A stretch of 59,448 bases of DNA, counting the filler, from Sphacelaria rigidula (Eukaryota): NCBI GenBank assembly GCA_964200075.2. It is 9 parts of 9 records of this genome, joined end to end, with 100 filler letters (N's around TTAATTAATTAA, not from the genome) between each part and the next. Parts side by side here need not be neighbours in the genome. Positions count along the whole stretch, not along the records: positions 33,085 to 39,600 come from CAXNAA020019601.1; positions 39,701 to 46,216 come from CAXNAA020019602.1; positions 46,317 to 52,832 come from CAXNAA020019603.1; 6 more parts are not named here. One strand, written 5' to 3'. The notes beneath the pieces are model-generated. The model made no database searches. It saw only the letters and a list, made by a program, of their open reading frames with translations, and was not told where the DNA came from. Shown here piece by piece: positions 38,701-49,850 of the stretch (position 1 is its first letter; the number at the start of each line of letters is the position of its first letter). A program made the position numbers and the translations under genes.

Positions 38701-39493
38701 TCGTGGAGGTTGAGACGGCGGAACCCCGCCTGCTGGAGGGTGCTGCCGACGGCGCTAGACGGTTCCCGCCAGTTCCTCCGCCGCCTCCTCTGCCGCCACC
38801 GCCGTCGAGCATTAACGTCCGTCCCTCTTCCGCGAATCCCCCCCTCGCAAGCGCGACCGCCCTCAGCGTGTCGAAGAGCGGGTCGAATGACATGGCGCAC
38901 ACGCACCGGGGCAGGTACGCCACCGTCCCGGTGGTGGACACATCACCATCCGTATTACTTACATTCGGACCCACGCCTCGAGCGTTGCTCTCCGCCATAG
39001 TCGACTTAGCAGCAGCATTGCCACTGGCGGCACCGTCAGTCTCGACGCGTCGCCAAACCGTCGCGCAGGCGGCGTGCAAAACGAGGTTGTTCTTGCGGTC
39101 CACCGCCAGGGGAAACGATCCACGCCGGCCGTCCCTCCCGGCTCCTCCCCCGCCGGAACCACCCGCGCCCCTGGAGGATCTATTGCCCTTGTCCCCTCCG
39201 CCATCACGGCGGATGGGAGCATTATGGATGGACGCTTGTGGGTTGGAAGAGTTTTTCCCTCCGACATCTTTTCGCGGCACCGTAAGGACGAAGTGGTGAA
39301 CGGTCGGGGGTGGCGAAGAGATGGCGTCCGTCGCGAGGTGCTTGTGGTCAGGCTGTTTTTCGTCATTATTTTGGTGTGTTGGATGTATAAGCTTTGTGTC
39401 GCCCCCCACCGACGACGGTGAAAATGATGATGTGTTGGTGGTAGTGGTATTGGAGCGGTCGCCTGTGTTGGGCTTCTTGCCTTCGCCTTCCGA
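33274..39493 (-). CDS. DENN-domain protein (Rab GEF family), partial; exons 39493-38180, 37755-37582, ~36073-35972, 35456-35382, 33564-33274
   Basis: Phase-0 AG/GT exons carry DENN motifs in the expected order: HHFVLT, LHAACATVW, YLPRCVCAMSFDPLFDTLR, VEPLFQ|ALSADNVLTALSALICERPVVV, LLHPLGWHHAYAPLLP, AFLVGL, VHVDLDHDEI. Long Gly/Ser insertions are present. The junction between the YAPLLP and AFLVGL exons is uncertain (possible longer or extra exon). Confidence 0.82.
33750..34252 (-). mobile_element. Near-complete copy of the poly(C)-flanked element in a DENN intron
   Basis: Reverse complement of ~41130-41625. The 3' end CATGAGTACGCC abuts a long G run at ~33693-33752. The tail is duplicated at 33622-33661 next to a 10-N gap. 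Confidence 0.85.
35701..35749 (+). repeat. (CAA)16 microsatellite; related tracts at ~1872-1895, 20853-20907 (GCT/GTT) and 36658-36684
   Basis: Direct reading. Confidence 0.95.
36411..36684 (+). repeat. Tandem pair of ~100-bp units, each ending in a CAA-type tail
   Basis: TTTCTCTTGCTACCTTCGTGTG..GAGGCATGCAG..CTTTGAATGAAGG..GTACACGTC occurs at ~36413 and ~36571. Confidence 0.8.
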
Positions 39494-40179
39494 CTGTCCG
39501 AGCCGAGAAAAAAAAAGGGAAATAAAAGTCACGATCAAACAACATGTGCATGTAAGGGGAGAGAGGAACCGGTGCCGGTGCGGAAGGGGTGGGATGGGGG
39601 NNNNNNNNNNNNNNNNNNNNNNNNNNNNNNNNNNNNNNNNNNNNTTAATTAATTAANNNNNNNNNNNNNNNNNNNNNNNNNNNNNNNNNNNNNNNNNNNN
39701 AGCACCGTTCCTACTCCTAATAGAGACACCTCCAACATTCCGGCGCTCATTACTCGGAGGAAGGGGGGGGGGAGTTCAAAGTGCGACAAATAAAATGAAA
39801 AAATGAGGAATTAGAATGTTCATCGAAAGCTTCGATTTTGATCCATGAGCCTACAAACCGCAATGCGCTACTTCTACTATAATCTAACCGCTGTTCGAAG
39901 CTTTGTGTTAGTGATGCTCGCTTGCTTTTGCATCCATGACCATGTACTCCCATCAATCGAGAGAATCGACAGGGTACTCATTCCCCACGTGTGTCGATGG
40001 TCCGGTCTATGGGGCCTATGGGGGCAAACCTTGGCCGTTGTCTATAAGGAGGGGATAGACAGGGTGATGCCTCTCTCAACTTCGATTGACGTTGAGAAGA
40101 GCAACACTGCGTGTCACTTATGACCACTCCATTCAAACACGTGTATTCAACCTGCCCCCGCCCCCCCATCCCCGTCACA

Positions 40180-40418
40180 AGTAACTCATTCGAGGCTGTC
40201 ATCCGAATGCAAGATAATCAGGATGGTTCGGGCCGAATAATCTTAGCAGGATGCATCTCACCCTTCATGCGACTCGCCGAAAACATCACGGCGCTTCGCG
40301 CTCGGTGATTGATTGCGAGCCTGGTCCGGCAAAAACCCGGCGTGCTCGGTCCCGTTTTGTAGGGATGTGAGATCAATGGTCATATGGCTGGGCATGCAAG
40401 ATAATGATAGCCCACCCC
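40180..40418 (+). mobile_element. 5'-truncated copy of the poly(C)-flanked element
   Basis: Matches 41395-41625. It is preceded by a C-rich run at 40155-40173 and ends in GCCCACCCC. Confidence 0.85.
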
Positions 40419-40481
40419 TGCGCGTGCGTCGTTACCGCTTGTCGTTTTTCCGGCCTTCGGAACTCCCGAATGAATGCGCAG

Positions 40482-43400
40482 GAGTTTTGTTGCGTTTTCG
40501 CGCACACTGACTTGCGCGAGCTACGCAATTGCGTGGCGGCCGCAGAGGGGTGCGAGCAGGTGTACAACCTGGCCGCGGACATGGGAGGGATGGGCTTCAT
40601 CGAGAGCAACCAGTCCGTTCTGCTTTTCAACAATACTATGATCAGTAAGTTTTCCCCCCATTCATTTTTGCCTTGAACGCGAACATTTTATTTCAGCACC
40701 GGTAGTTGCTTTGTCGGCCCCCCTTTAGAAACAATCGTGCTCTTGGCAGACCCCCCAGTATCTCAAGCATATTCTCTTGCAGAAGGCGGGGGACGGGGAG
40801 ATGGGGGGGGACGGGGGCGATGTGAGCATACCGGGGGTACACGTTCGACAACATGCCTTAGTAGAGTATCTACCATAGCTGTAGACAAGTGAGTGTTTCG
40901 TGACATGAAGAGCTTACAAGCAGTATCATTGCGGTCCTCGAACAATTTCATACATCTGTGACCACAAGAATTCTATTGCGGAGTATCAATGAAGCGGCGA
41001 CGGTACCATGGAAGACGAAGTTACTGGCACTTAGGGTACAACCCCCCCCCCCCCAACGCGCGCGCGCGCCTGGTCCGGCGAAAACCCGGCGTCCTCCGTC
41101 CCGGCTTTGTAGGGACAGACCCATTATGCGGTTGGCGTCGGTTGGCAATGGCGCTGTAAAACACGCCACTCACTGCGTAAGCTAGGCGACCAAGTTACTG
41201 TTTGTTTTTTGCGCGCTTGCGTTCATTTTCGGTAACCATAATGGTGGTTGAGGAAGATCGTTTTGTGCGGGGTGGGAGCACCTCAACTCCGCGCAAAGGG
41301 GGTGATCATAATACGTAGTATTTATATGGTGCACCCATGAGACAGTGTATAAGCCGTGGCTGTCTCTGGAAGTGGCGATAGCAAATAATAAAGCAACGCA
41401 TTACAGGCTGTCATCCGAATGCAAGATAATCAAGACGCTTCGGGCCGAACAATCTTAGCCGGATGCAGCTCACCCTTCATGCGACTCGCCGAACTCACCA
41501 CGGCGCTTCGCGCTTGGTGATCGATTGCGAACTTGATCCGGCGGAAACCCGGCGTGCTCCGTCCTGGCTTTGTAGGGATGCGAGATCAATAGTCATATGA
41601 CGACGACATGCAAGAGCATGATTTACCCCCCCCCTCCCCCCCACCCCACCGAAAAACTTCTCCTTGACCAGGTTCTTGCTATTTTTGGTACCATGTTGGT
41701 AAACTACAGTACCGTACTGTATTGGGGCAAGTAGTATATTTCTCTCTCCCTAGGTGACATCCCCGGGTGATGTGTTTTTCTAGGCCCCAAAAGCTTGTTC
41801 CCCGGAAGCCGTGCACGTTGTCACCTGCGCACGGTGCCATGAAGCGAATCACATCGACAGAGAGTATACCGGTCAGGGTCCAAGAGTTTGAGCAGTGGGT
41901 ACTGATCTAGATCAGCTCAGACAGAAAAATGCCGTCAAGGACATCACACGTTGTGTGGAAGGATTCAACTGCACCCATCGGTACCTTAGTCGTCGTCGTC
42001 GTCTGCTACAGGTGCCAGGGCCCGCGCAAGCACTTCCATCCTGTGTGCAACCAACCCATATTCCACGAATACATGAATCTCTGTTTGCACACACGGACAT
42101 CGATACTGATGAAGATGAATGACGGTGACAATCATGACGGCTGCGATGATGATGAGAGCAGCAATAATAACACTCAATTCGTAGAATAATGGTCATTATG
42201 GCTACGATTGCATCTTGTGTTTCCCGTGATTTGCATGTCCTATTGTAACTTGTGCTGGTGGTGCTGGTGGTGGTTGTTCCACGATTTTCGTGTGCAGGCA
42301 CTAATCTCCTAGAGGCGGCACGACTTAACGAGAGCAAGCGGTACTTCTATGCCTCCACGGCGTGCGTGTACAACGAAGATCTTCAGCTCGATCCCAGTAA
42401 CCCTGGCCTCAAGGAGGGCGATGCTTGGCCGGCAAAGCCTCAGGTGATGCGCTTGACTACTTAAAGAGGGCGTATAGGGCATAGGTTGCAAATCAAGGAT
42501 ACGTACCTTCCCCCCTCCGCTACCCGTCGCCCACCCACTCACATGAAATCTATGTAAAGAGAAATATGTACCTTCCAAAGTTTTTTTCGATTTTGTTTGA
42601 CTCACGACAGGCATCTCAAGGAGTTCTTCTTGTTCAATTTTTTTAGTCTGAGATGTGAAGGGTCTCGGCGATAGTGTAGAGCACCCTCGGATTGCACGAT
42701 GTATACCAACATCTCACATAACTTTTGCATGCGGTGTATATATATGTAGATATGTATATATTCTTATTATTTTCTGTATTATACCACGTATTGAACTTCG
42801 TGCACTCTACAGAAACATTGTGTGTGAATGTTTCCTGAAATACATATATATATATATATTTTTTCTTGGGTACGTCTATCATGATACCACGGCTGGACCC
42901 CGGGGGGTCGGTTAAATTGCGACAATATATATATATATATATATATCCAGAACCCAGGTGGGATGCTCTTTCTGCCATGTACATCAATGTGAACAAGTGT
43001 GAGGTGGCACCCCGGTGTGCCAAACTGGTCTACAAACGGCCAGTTTAGGTGGACTCCGTGGGATCAACACCCAACGGATAAATAAGATCACAACGACCTT
43101 CCATTTGAGAATCTGCTTCCCGTTCTTGAAGTTGTGAGCGAGTTCGTGGGCAGCACGCAAACATTCGATGAGATATTTCAGCGCGTGTTATTTCCCTTTT
43201 TCATGATGATGTATTTGAGCTGCAGGTGTCGTTTATTGCGTGTTTTGTCTCGCGATCGTACCCCTTCGTCCACTGCCCCATACCCACCAGCGTTCGCAGT
43301 TTATATTGAAGCAAGAAAATGCAAACAACACAGGAGGCAGGTTTATTTCATATATATTTCTTGTTACGAGAAATTGACAAATGGCGGGATACACACGGTA

Positions 43401-46052
43401 CCAAGTGGGTACGTGACGATTTTGCGGCGTCTTCCCAATGATGTTTAGCGCAAAGGATGCACATAAAAAAAATGCTCTCAAGAGTTCGAATCAACGGTAT
43501 GGTTGTGCACCTGGGGGTGTTGAGAACATGACGATCGCATGAAGCAATTCGGATCACATGAATGTGCTGAAGCATCGAGGTCGGCAACGGGACAGTTCCC
43601 CCTCCCTCCCCGTTTTCATGAAGCAACTGGGTGGATCGGGTTTATTGTTGGTGATGGATAAGACATGTGACGAAGCAAGTGCCAAGTCTTCCGTGGGTGA
43701 ACGTGGAGTGCTTCGCAAACCACTACCAGCTGGGCATAGTGCATACCTGCGAACTATGCCTCGTTACCACGATGTTACGAGGCCTGGATCAAAAGCGAAA
43801 TCATGAGCTCGTGCTGTGCTGCTTCTCGGACGGATGCCGTAGGTCGCGTACGGGGGGGAAGCACGAAGCACCGCACATATGTATGAGCGTAATGTGCTCG
43901 GGGAGCATACGGTGCGCAAAGAGGTCCCCAGGCCTCTTGTAATGGTCCCAAGGCTCACCTTTGGTCCAGTTGCCAACGCCACGCCTAGTTTGAGGCAAAT
44001 CTGTGTGATATTTATATCACGGGAGCTACAGTAGTGGGCGGTCTAACTATATAGGGGTGTTTTGGGGTTTTCCTCGCGTACTACTCTTCGATAGAAGTAA
44101 AAAAATTCTAGCGTTGGTACATTTTGGTACAACAAAATAGATCATCCTCGAAACACAGAGCCCATGTCAGTAGTGTATGTTGGTGCTATCCGGCGAAACG
44201 AGTAAATATCCAGTTCATCAGGAGGGTGTTATTGACCGTGAAACACAGTTTTTCGGCCCTAGTGCAATGAGTAGGTAGAATTCCAAAAAAATGAAACTGT
44301 ACATTTCTTGACGAATATAATCAGGACGGGCTCGATCGCTCGAAAATCAGAAGAGTAAGAATCTGGGCTGAAACGTGGCAAGAACCTCGATGACGGGTCA
44401 GCCCGTAAGTCGCTCAACACAATATTGAGTACATATGGTTTTTTCTTATTGGAATGTGCTGCGGATACAAATACCTTCAAATCCCCGATGTGATAAGCGG
44501 TGGCAAGCGAAAAGAGCCCAAGAAAATCGCCAATTCCAAAAAAATCACAAAATGCCACAAAATGAATAGTTAGACCTCCCAGTACTGTATGGCAGTTTGC
44601 GTGTGCTTCTGGGGCAGACCAAATTGCTGCAGTTTTACCGAGTGTATGTACTGACTGCACTACTGACCGTACTGACTGCACCACTGTCCGTACTGTCCGT
44701 ACTGTCCGTACTGCCAAGATACAAAGAAAGCGCTAGCTTTGAGATGTTGGTGTAATGTGAAAAAAGGTGTCAGTCACCCTTCCAAGTAATCTATAAGAGC
44801 ACAAGCTGGGGTACGCCACCAGTAGCGGTAACAATACGAACCGGCAGCCTGCTGTTCTGTTTTGTCATGAGCGCTTGTTGCGCGCCATGACAAGGACTGT
44901 ATTGCCTGGGTAGCGAGGTTGTGCATCGTGTCTTGCTGTTGGACAAGATAGGGTCGGGCTGTAACGTGCAGCTCGGGCGGAGTCTCAAGGATATGTTGTA
45001 CTGCGTTTCTGTCGTACTCCGAAAATTGCAACGAAAATGCTAAACAGAAATTCCTCCAAAACCCTCGAGGTTTTTATGGCGGGTACAGGGTCGGGTGTTC
45101 CACTGTGTGATGGCGGTATCCATTCAGGTTCAATTTCCGTCAGTGTCCAGGAGGAGAACAGGCGATTTTCTATTGGGGAAAAATTACTGTAGCATACTCA
45201 AAGTCATACATACTTTTCGGGTTACAATGGAAAAATAACGCCTTTGTGTACCGGACTGCAACGCAGGTGTATCAAAACGTCTTGTCTTTTCTGATTCGTT
45301 CGAGCCCCGAAATGTGTTTTTTTTTTTGCTTTTATTACCGTTTATCAGTTTACTTCGTTTTGTTCCATCTTTTTGTTATTTTTGTCCCCATTTTTTTTTG
45401 TTATAGCGAACACTTGTGTTTTGTTCGCCTTGGGTACGTCTGTCATGTGATCACGGCTGGGTTTTCTTCGGGGATCGATTAATGTGCGACATTGAATTAA
45501 ATCAATAGCATCGAGCCCCGAAGTAATCGTTAGTTGATACTGCCAATGTAAGATCGTGGCGGCAGTAATGATTCACTGGAAGGTATAAATATATTTTCAT
45601 GTGTGGCCCATGTCGAAGTCGCACGGTAGATACTCGAAAGTGAAATCAGAGGTACTGCATGCCCCATTCGATATCACTTTTTGATGGGCATCAACATTTG
45701 AACAGAAACGACGGGCACGGAATCCAATCGCGAGACACACCGGTCTGAGGGTCAAGGCCCCCTCACGAAAATTCCGAGCAAATGAAGAAGAACCGTTTTC
45801 TCCGGGCGGAATAGGATCCACATTGCTGTGTCATCTTGCCGTATGTTTCATGTCTTAAATGCTATGTATAGCATGATGACGTTTCTTACAAACCGGACAA
45901 AACCGAAAACACAAAATGAACGCACCCAGGACACGTACGGCCTGGAGAAGCTGTACCACGAGGAGATGTGTAAGGCTTATGCTGCGGACTTTCCCATCGA
46001 GACAAGGATGGCGCGGTATCACAACGTCTACGGGCCGAGAGGGACATGGAAG
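40482..46052 (+). CDS. GME: GDP-mannose 3',5'-epimerase (extended SDR family), partial; exons 40482-40644, 42298-42443, 45930-46052
   Basis: The spliced product (phases 1, 0) contains the GME motifs DLR...VYNLAADMGGMGFIESNQS..NNTMIS.NLLEAAR...YFYASTACVY...LKEGDAWPAKPQDTYGLEK...RYHNVYGPRGTWK. The catalytic YxxxK is intact. The N- and C-terminal exons lie outside the contig. Confidence 0.95.
41042..41650 (+). mobile_element. Full-length copy of the poly(C)-flanked non-coding element (~580 bp) in a GME intron
   Basis: Structure: C13-AACGCGCG - 46-bp unit (41070-41115) - internal region - second 46-bp unit (41533-41578) - ~45-bp tail - C-rich run. At least eight copies occur in this window. Confidence 0.88.
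42860..42946 (+). mobile_element. Non-LTR retroposon 3' end with (AT)n tail
   Basis: CTTGGGTACGTCTATCATGATACCACGGCTGGACCCCGGGGGGTCGGTTAAATTGCGACAAT lies between two (AT)n tracts. Confidence 0.7.
45312..45510 (+). mobile_element. 5'-truncated non-LTR retroposon with a 12-bp target-site duplication
   Basis: T-rich UTR plus the conserved GGGTACGTC...GCGACA end. TCGAGCCCCGAA flanks it at 45300-45311 and 45511-45522. Confidence 0.8.
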
Positions 46053-47518
46053 GTGATGCTCTTGATATAGTAGTCAGCATCAGAAGTTTTCAGAATTCGT
46101 AGCTGTCTTTTTTTCTGAGTTTTTCCGGAGTACCGTTCTTCACTACTACTTGAATTTGCTAGCGCCGGTAGATTTAGGGAGCAAACGTAGGCCGCGCTCA
46201 CATTGAAGTGCTCACGNNNNNNNNNNNNNNNNNNNNNNNNNNNNNNNNNNNNNNNNNNNNTTAATTAATTAANNNNNNNNNNNNNNNNNNNNNNNNNNNN
46301 NNNNNNNNNNNNNNNNAACTGCTTGTCAGAACTCGGAATCCACAAAACGTTTCGACCACGCACATGCACACGAAACAGACCTTCATTGTCCAAGATAGCA
46401 GTACCAACATCCGACTCGAAAGATTACACATCCGCATCTTCGGCCCCAAGGTCGTTTCGTTGCGCTTGCCGGATAGCAGATTCGGACGGCATCGAGTCAT
46501 CAGGTTCGCACGGACCATACACAGCCACAGCGCGCGCAGGTAAAGTGAGAATATTTACCCAGCGCGACAGCAAGTCACCCCACGCGTTACGCTCACCCGA
46601 AATATGACAAATAGTGTTCCGATACTATGCTAATACACCTTTCCACCCATCCAATCGCTGTGCCAACGCCTTTGATACAGACGTTACGCATGCCTTCGGG
46701 TTGAAAACGTACGCTGGATTTCGGGGATCCGTGTAAATGTGTACGCCATTCCACAATAAATGCTCAAGACGACGAAACGTGCTCACGATAGCAAAACCTT
46801 CCTTGTCAATTTTTACCCAACGCATCTGTGAATCATTGAAATTACCACTCAGAAAAGCCGGCGGTTCATGCGCCATGTCTTTAACCGGCAACCGTTGTTG
46901 CATTCTTGCATCAGGCACCTGCGTTACACAACTACCCCAATTGCACTCAGATTCATCCGGAAACATTGACACCTGACAATCTGGACGAGGGTGGAGCAAC
47001 GTTACTGTATCAGCCACTAGATCCTTCGCTGCCGCCCACGCCTGCAGCCTGCCCTCCGTCCACGATACAGCCTTCTTCGGAAACGCATTATCCGGACTGG
47101 ACCACCCCGCCTGCAAATCCGTAACACTAACCCGAGCGCCAAAAGAGCCGCCATGCACAATGCCAACCAACTCGGCTTCATTGGATCGTACCGCCGCGGC
47201 TTCGTCTTCACCGCGGACGTCCCAGGTTTTGGCTGAACACGCATGGGCTTCACGCGCGCAGGGGGATCACCCCGCAGCGCACGACGAAACGCGTTGACGC
47301 GGCAATGCAATATACAGCGCAGGCGCTCCGCTTTTGAGACGCTGAGGCTTTTCGCCCCAGCATCCGTCACGCTCTCGTCCAGCGCGACTTTCCGAGCGGA
47401 CTCCCCATCCGCCGGATCAATAAATATCTCCGGGCCACGCTCCACCAAGCGTTCCACCGCCTCATCACGCTCCTCGGACACCTGCCCCCCTCCTCCTGGA
47501 GAGCATCAACCGACAAGC

Positions 47519-48327
47519 TTACTCTGTGACTGGCCAGAAAAGTAGGCGTCTCGACACTCGAACGAGGCGACGGCATTTTCGTTTTGAGGGACTCAACAAC
47601 CGATCATACGGATCGACTCCGAGTCCTCGAAGCGTCGGTAGGTCCAACAGAACGACACTATCCGTCCCCGGCATGATTGCAAACGATATTGGGGTAATTT
47701 TGCTGGCCCCCAGGTAGTCAGGAACGCCAACTGTAGGGGAATCGTACGCTCCGTCACATTTATACGTTGCCCGGATGCGGTGATGGCCTGCCCCGAGCGA
47801 AAACGGAATTCGGATTTTCTCACCGGGGAGTAGACGCTCCAGCATCTCCACAATTAGCACCGACATGGTCGTGAAGTGGGCGCCTGAATCCAACACCGCT
47901 TTGACCGAAATCGCTCCCCGCGCACGTTGATCGGGCAGATATAACTCGGCAGGGACATAATTGTCTTGGTCCTCGAACGGCACCTCCTCCGCGGACTGAT
48001 TGTTCGTAATCCCCACTTGGCGCCACGGCCGCGCGCGCGGCGCAGGCAGAGACGCCCCCGCTGGGGTCACCGGCACCGCCGGCGGGTGCGAAGCCCCGCC
48101 CGCAGAACCAAATTGCAGCGGTACCCCGGCCGACGCAGCAGCCGACCCAAATTGCAGCTGAAAACCGGCCGGCGCCGCAGCCGGCGGCTCATCTTGCTCT
48201 GCTCCCGGCGGCGCCGGCACCGAGCCCGACACTACAGAGGTCGGTCCCACCTGCACCGCCTGTTGCGGAGCAGCAGCCCCTACGGCTGAACCGAACCCAG
48301 AACTGGACCCCTGCTGACGCCGCTGCC

Positions 48328-48359
<32 letters not shown>

Positions 48360-49288
48360 GAAGTCGACTGTGCACCTCCACCGCTGGAGGATCCGCCACT
48401 GCCGCCACCGCGACTACCTCGTCTTTTCCCTCTGTGAGGGCGCGCGGCACTCGTCTTCCCAGACTCCCCCTCAGAGGGCGTTTGGCAATTTCGTGCGATG
48501 TGACCGACCTGGCCACACTGAAAACAACTAAAATTGAAGGCGGCGCTGCCTGCGGATTTTGGTCCGCGATTACGCGAGCTCGAAGACTGCGGCGATGAAG
48601 TGAATGATTTTCCGAACACTTCGACCCGCCGCCATGCCTAGGCTTCGGCCACCACCGTATCCATGACAAAATACGGGTCCGACTTCCAATTTGTCTCGTG
48701 CTGTAACTGTACAAGCACGACCTGCTTAAATTCCGCCGGAGCCAGACCCTCCACCATCGCTTTAATAACCACCGCAGCGGGCCCTGGGCCAAATTTCCTA
48801 TCGGACGAACGATAAATCATCTCCACGTTAGGATTTTCCGCACAATACTTTTCCAACTTACCCATTATGGGCTCCACCTTCTCACGCATGGTCCTCCCCT
48901 TGTGGTTCATTTCGACAGCCTTTGCCACGGCCGCGAACGCCTCAGTAAGCTCTACCTCCGCGCCTGCCGCATGCCCTGCGTTCTTCTTCATCGCTGCGGT
49001 CAACTGCAGCGGCGTTATGGTATGCTTTTCATGGAACTGTCTCGCGAAGATGCGTTGCAAGGGGGTTGGTACTAATTGCGCCATCGAAACTACTTGATGC
49101 CTCACCGCACCCCCTGCATTCGCATGCTCCACCCTCCTTTTGTATTCCATGCATTTCGTGTAAAACGATCTAGAGGCACCCTCAGAATACAAGCTCCCGT
49201 AACTGGGCGGCCGCAACTCTTCCCTTAGAACAACTGGGGTTACAGTTGTTTCCGCTGGCTCTATTACCGGGACCTCCGTGGTCGACAT
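47519..49288 (-). pseudogene. Gypsy gag / zinc knuckle / protease region
   Basis: ORFs 48638-49288 and 47519-48619 are in the same frame, separated by one TAG. CX2CX4HX4C and LDSGA motifs are present, with a frameshift inside the protease. Confidence 0.85.
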
Positions 49289-49600
49289 TCTTGAGCGGAA
49301 AATCGAAGATTTCTCAAAACCTTCTCGAACTTCAGATCACACCTGCTGTCTTCGCCGCTCCACTACAGCCCTGGGGTCGTATAAAGACCCGCTGTACGGA
49401 GCTCCAGCAAGTCTCCAGTCTGGATCAATCACGGGCCAGCCGCCTTTGCAGCTGCCTCAGCTTGAAGCGTCCTCACGCGTCCATGAATCTCTGTGCCCCT
49501 AAGCTAATCACAAGTTTTCCAGACTCTCCCTGCTAATTTGTTTAGCAGTCTCAAACGATAGCATCTACTAGCACGCCAGTACTAGCACTAATATCGATAT

Positions 49601-49822
49601 TGTGACGCTAGCAGGTTTGCTAGTACTGCAGCGTCTTAATGCTGTTGATGGACTCCCCAGCTCCACTGGCCTCAAGGTCTCGGTTGTCAGTCTTTACAAC
49701 ACCTTATCATTACTTCGGAGTGAAACACCTGCAGCCCTGCACCATCTGGCCTGGACAACACAGCAAGGGTCATCATCCAGGATCCACTATATACTCAACC
49801 GTGACGGCGTGATTTCGCCACA
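49601..49822 (-). repeat. Putative 5' LTR of the Gypsy element (222 bp)
   Basis: The minus strand starts TGTGGCG and ends CGTCACA (TG...CA, 6/7 inverted match), with a TATA-like GTATATAG inside. It lies ~310 bp upstream of gag. The partner LTR is not in the contig. Confidence 0.6.
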
Positions 49823-49850
49823 AGGCGGATTTGAAGTTTACATGGGTTTC

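Larger units (their letters stand above)
46317..49822 (-). mobile_element. Defective Ty3/Gypsy LTR retrotransposon (5' LTR, gag, protease, RNase H; RT core deleted)
   Basis: The gag ORF 49288-48638 is continued in frame past one TAG by a CCHC knuckle (CFQCGQVGHIARNC). Then come the aspartic protease AVLDSGA, the pre-RT KTKPRRYDP..LGLV..WSSP..FPKK and the RNase H FLSGNFNDSQMRW..IDKEGFAIV..IYTDPRN..HISGERNAWGDLLSRW. Frameshifts and stops are present. Confidence 0.92.

Noticed and set aside
1306..46052. LTV1, ankyrin, DENN and GME as a gene cluster
   Set aside because: They lie on separate, artificially joined contigs.
48638..48640. Programmed stop-codon readthrough in gag
   Set aside because: The TAG lies before the zinc knuckle, not at the gag-pol boundary, and the element has other lesions. 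A nonsense mutation is the simpler explanation.
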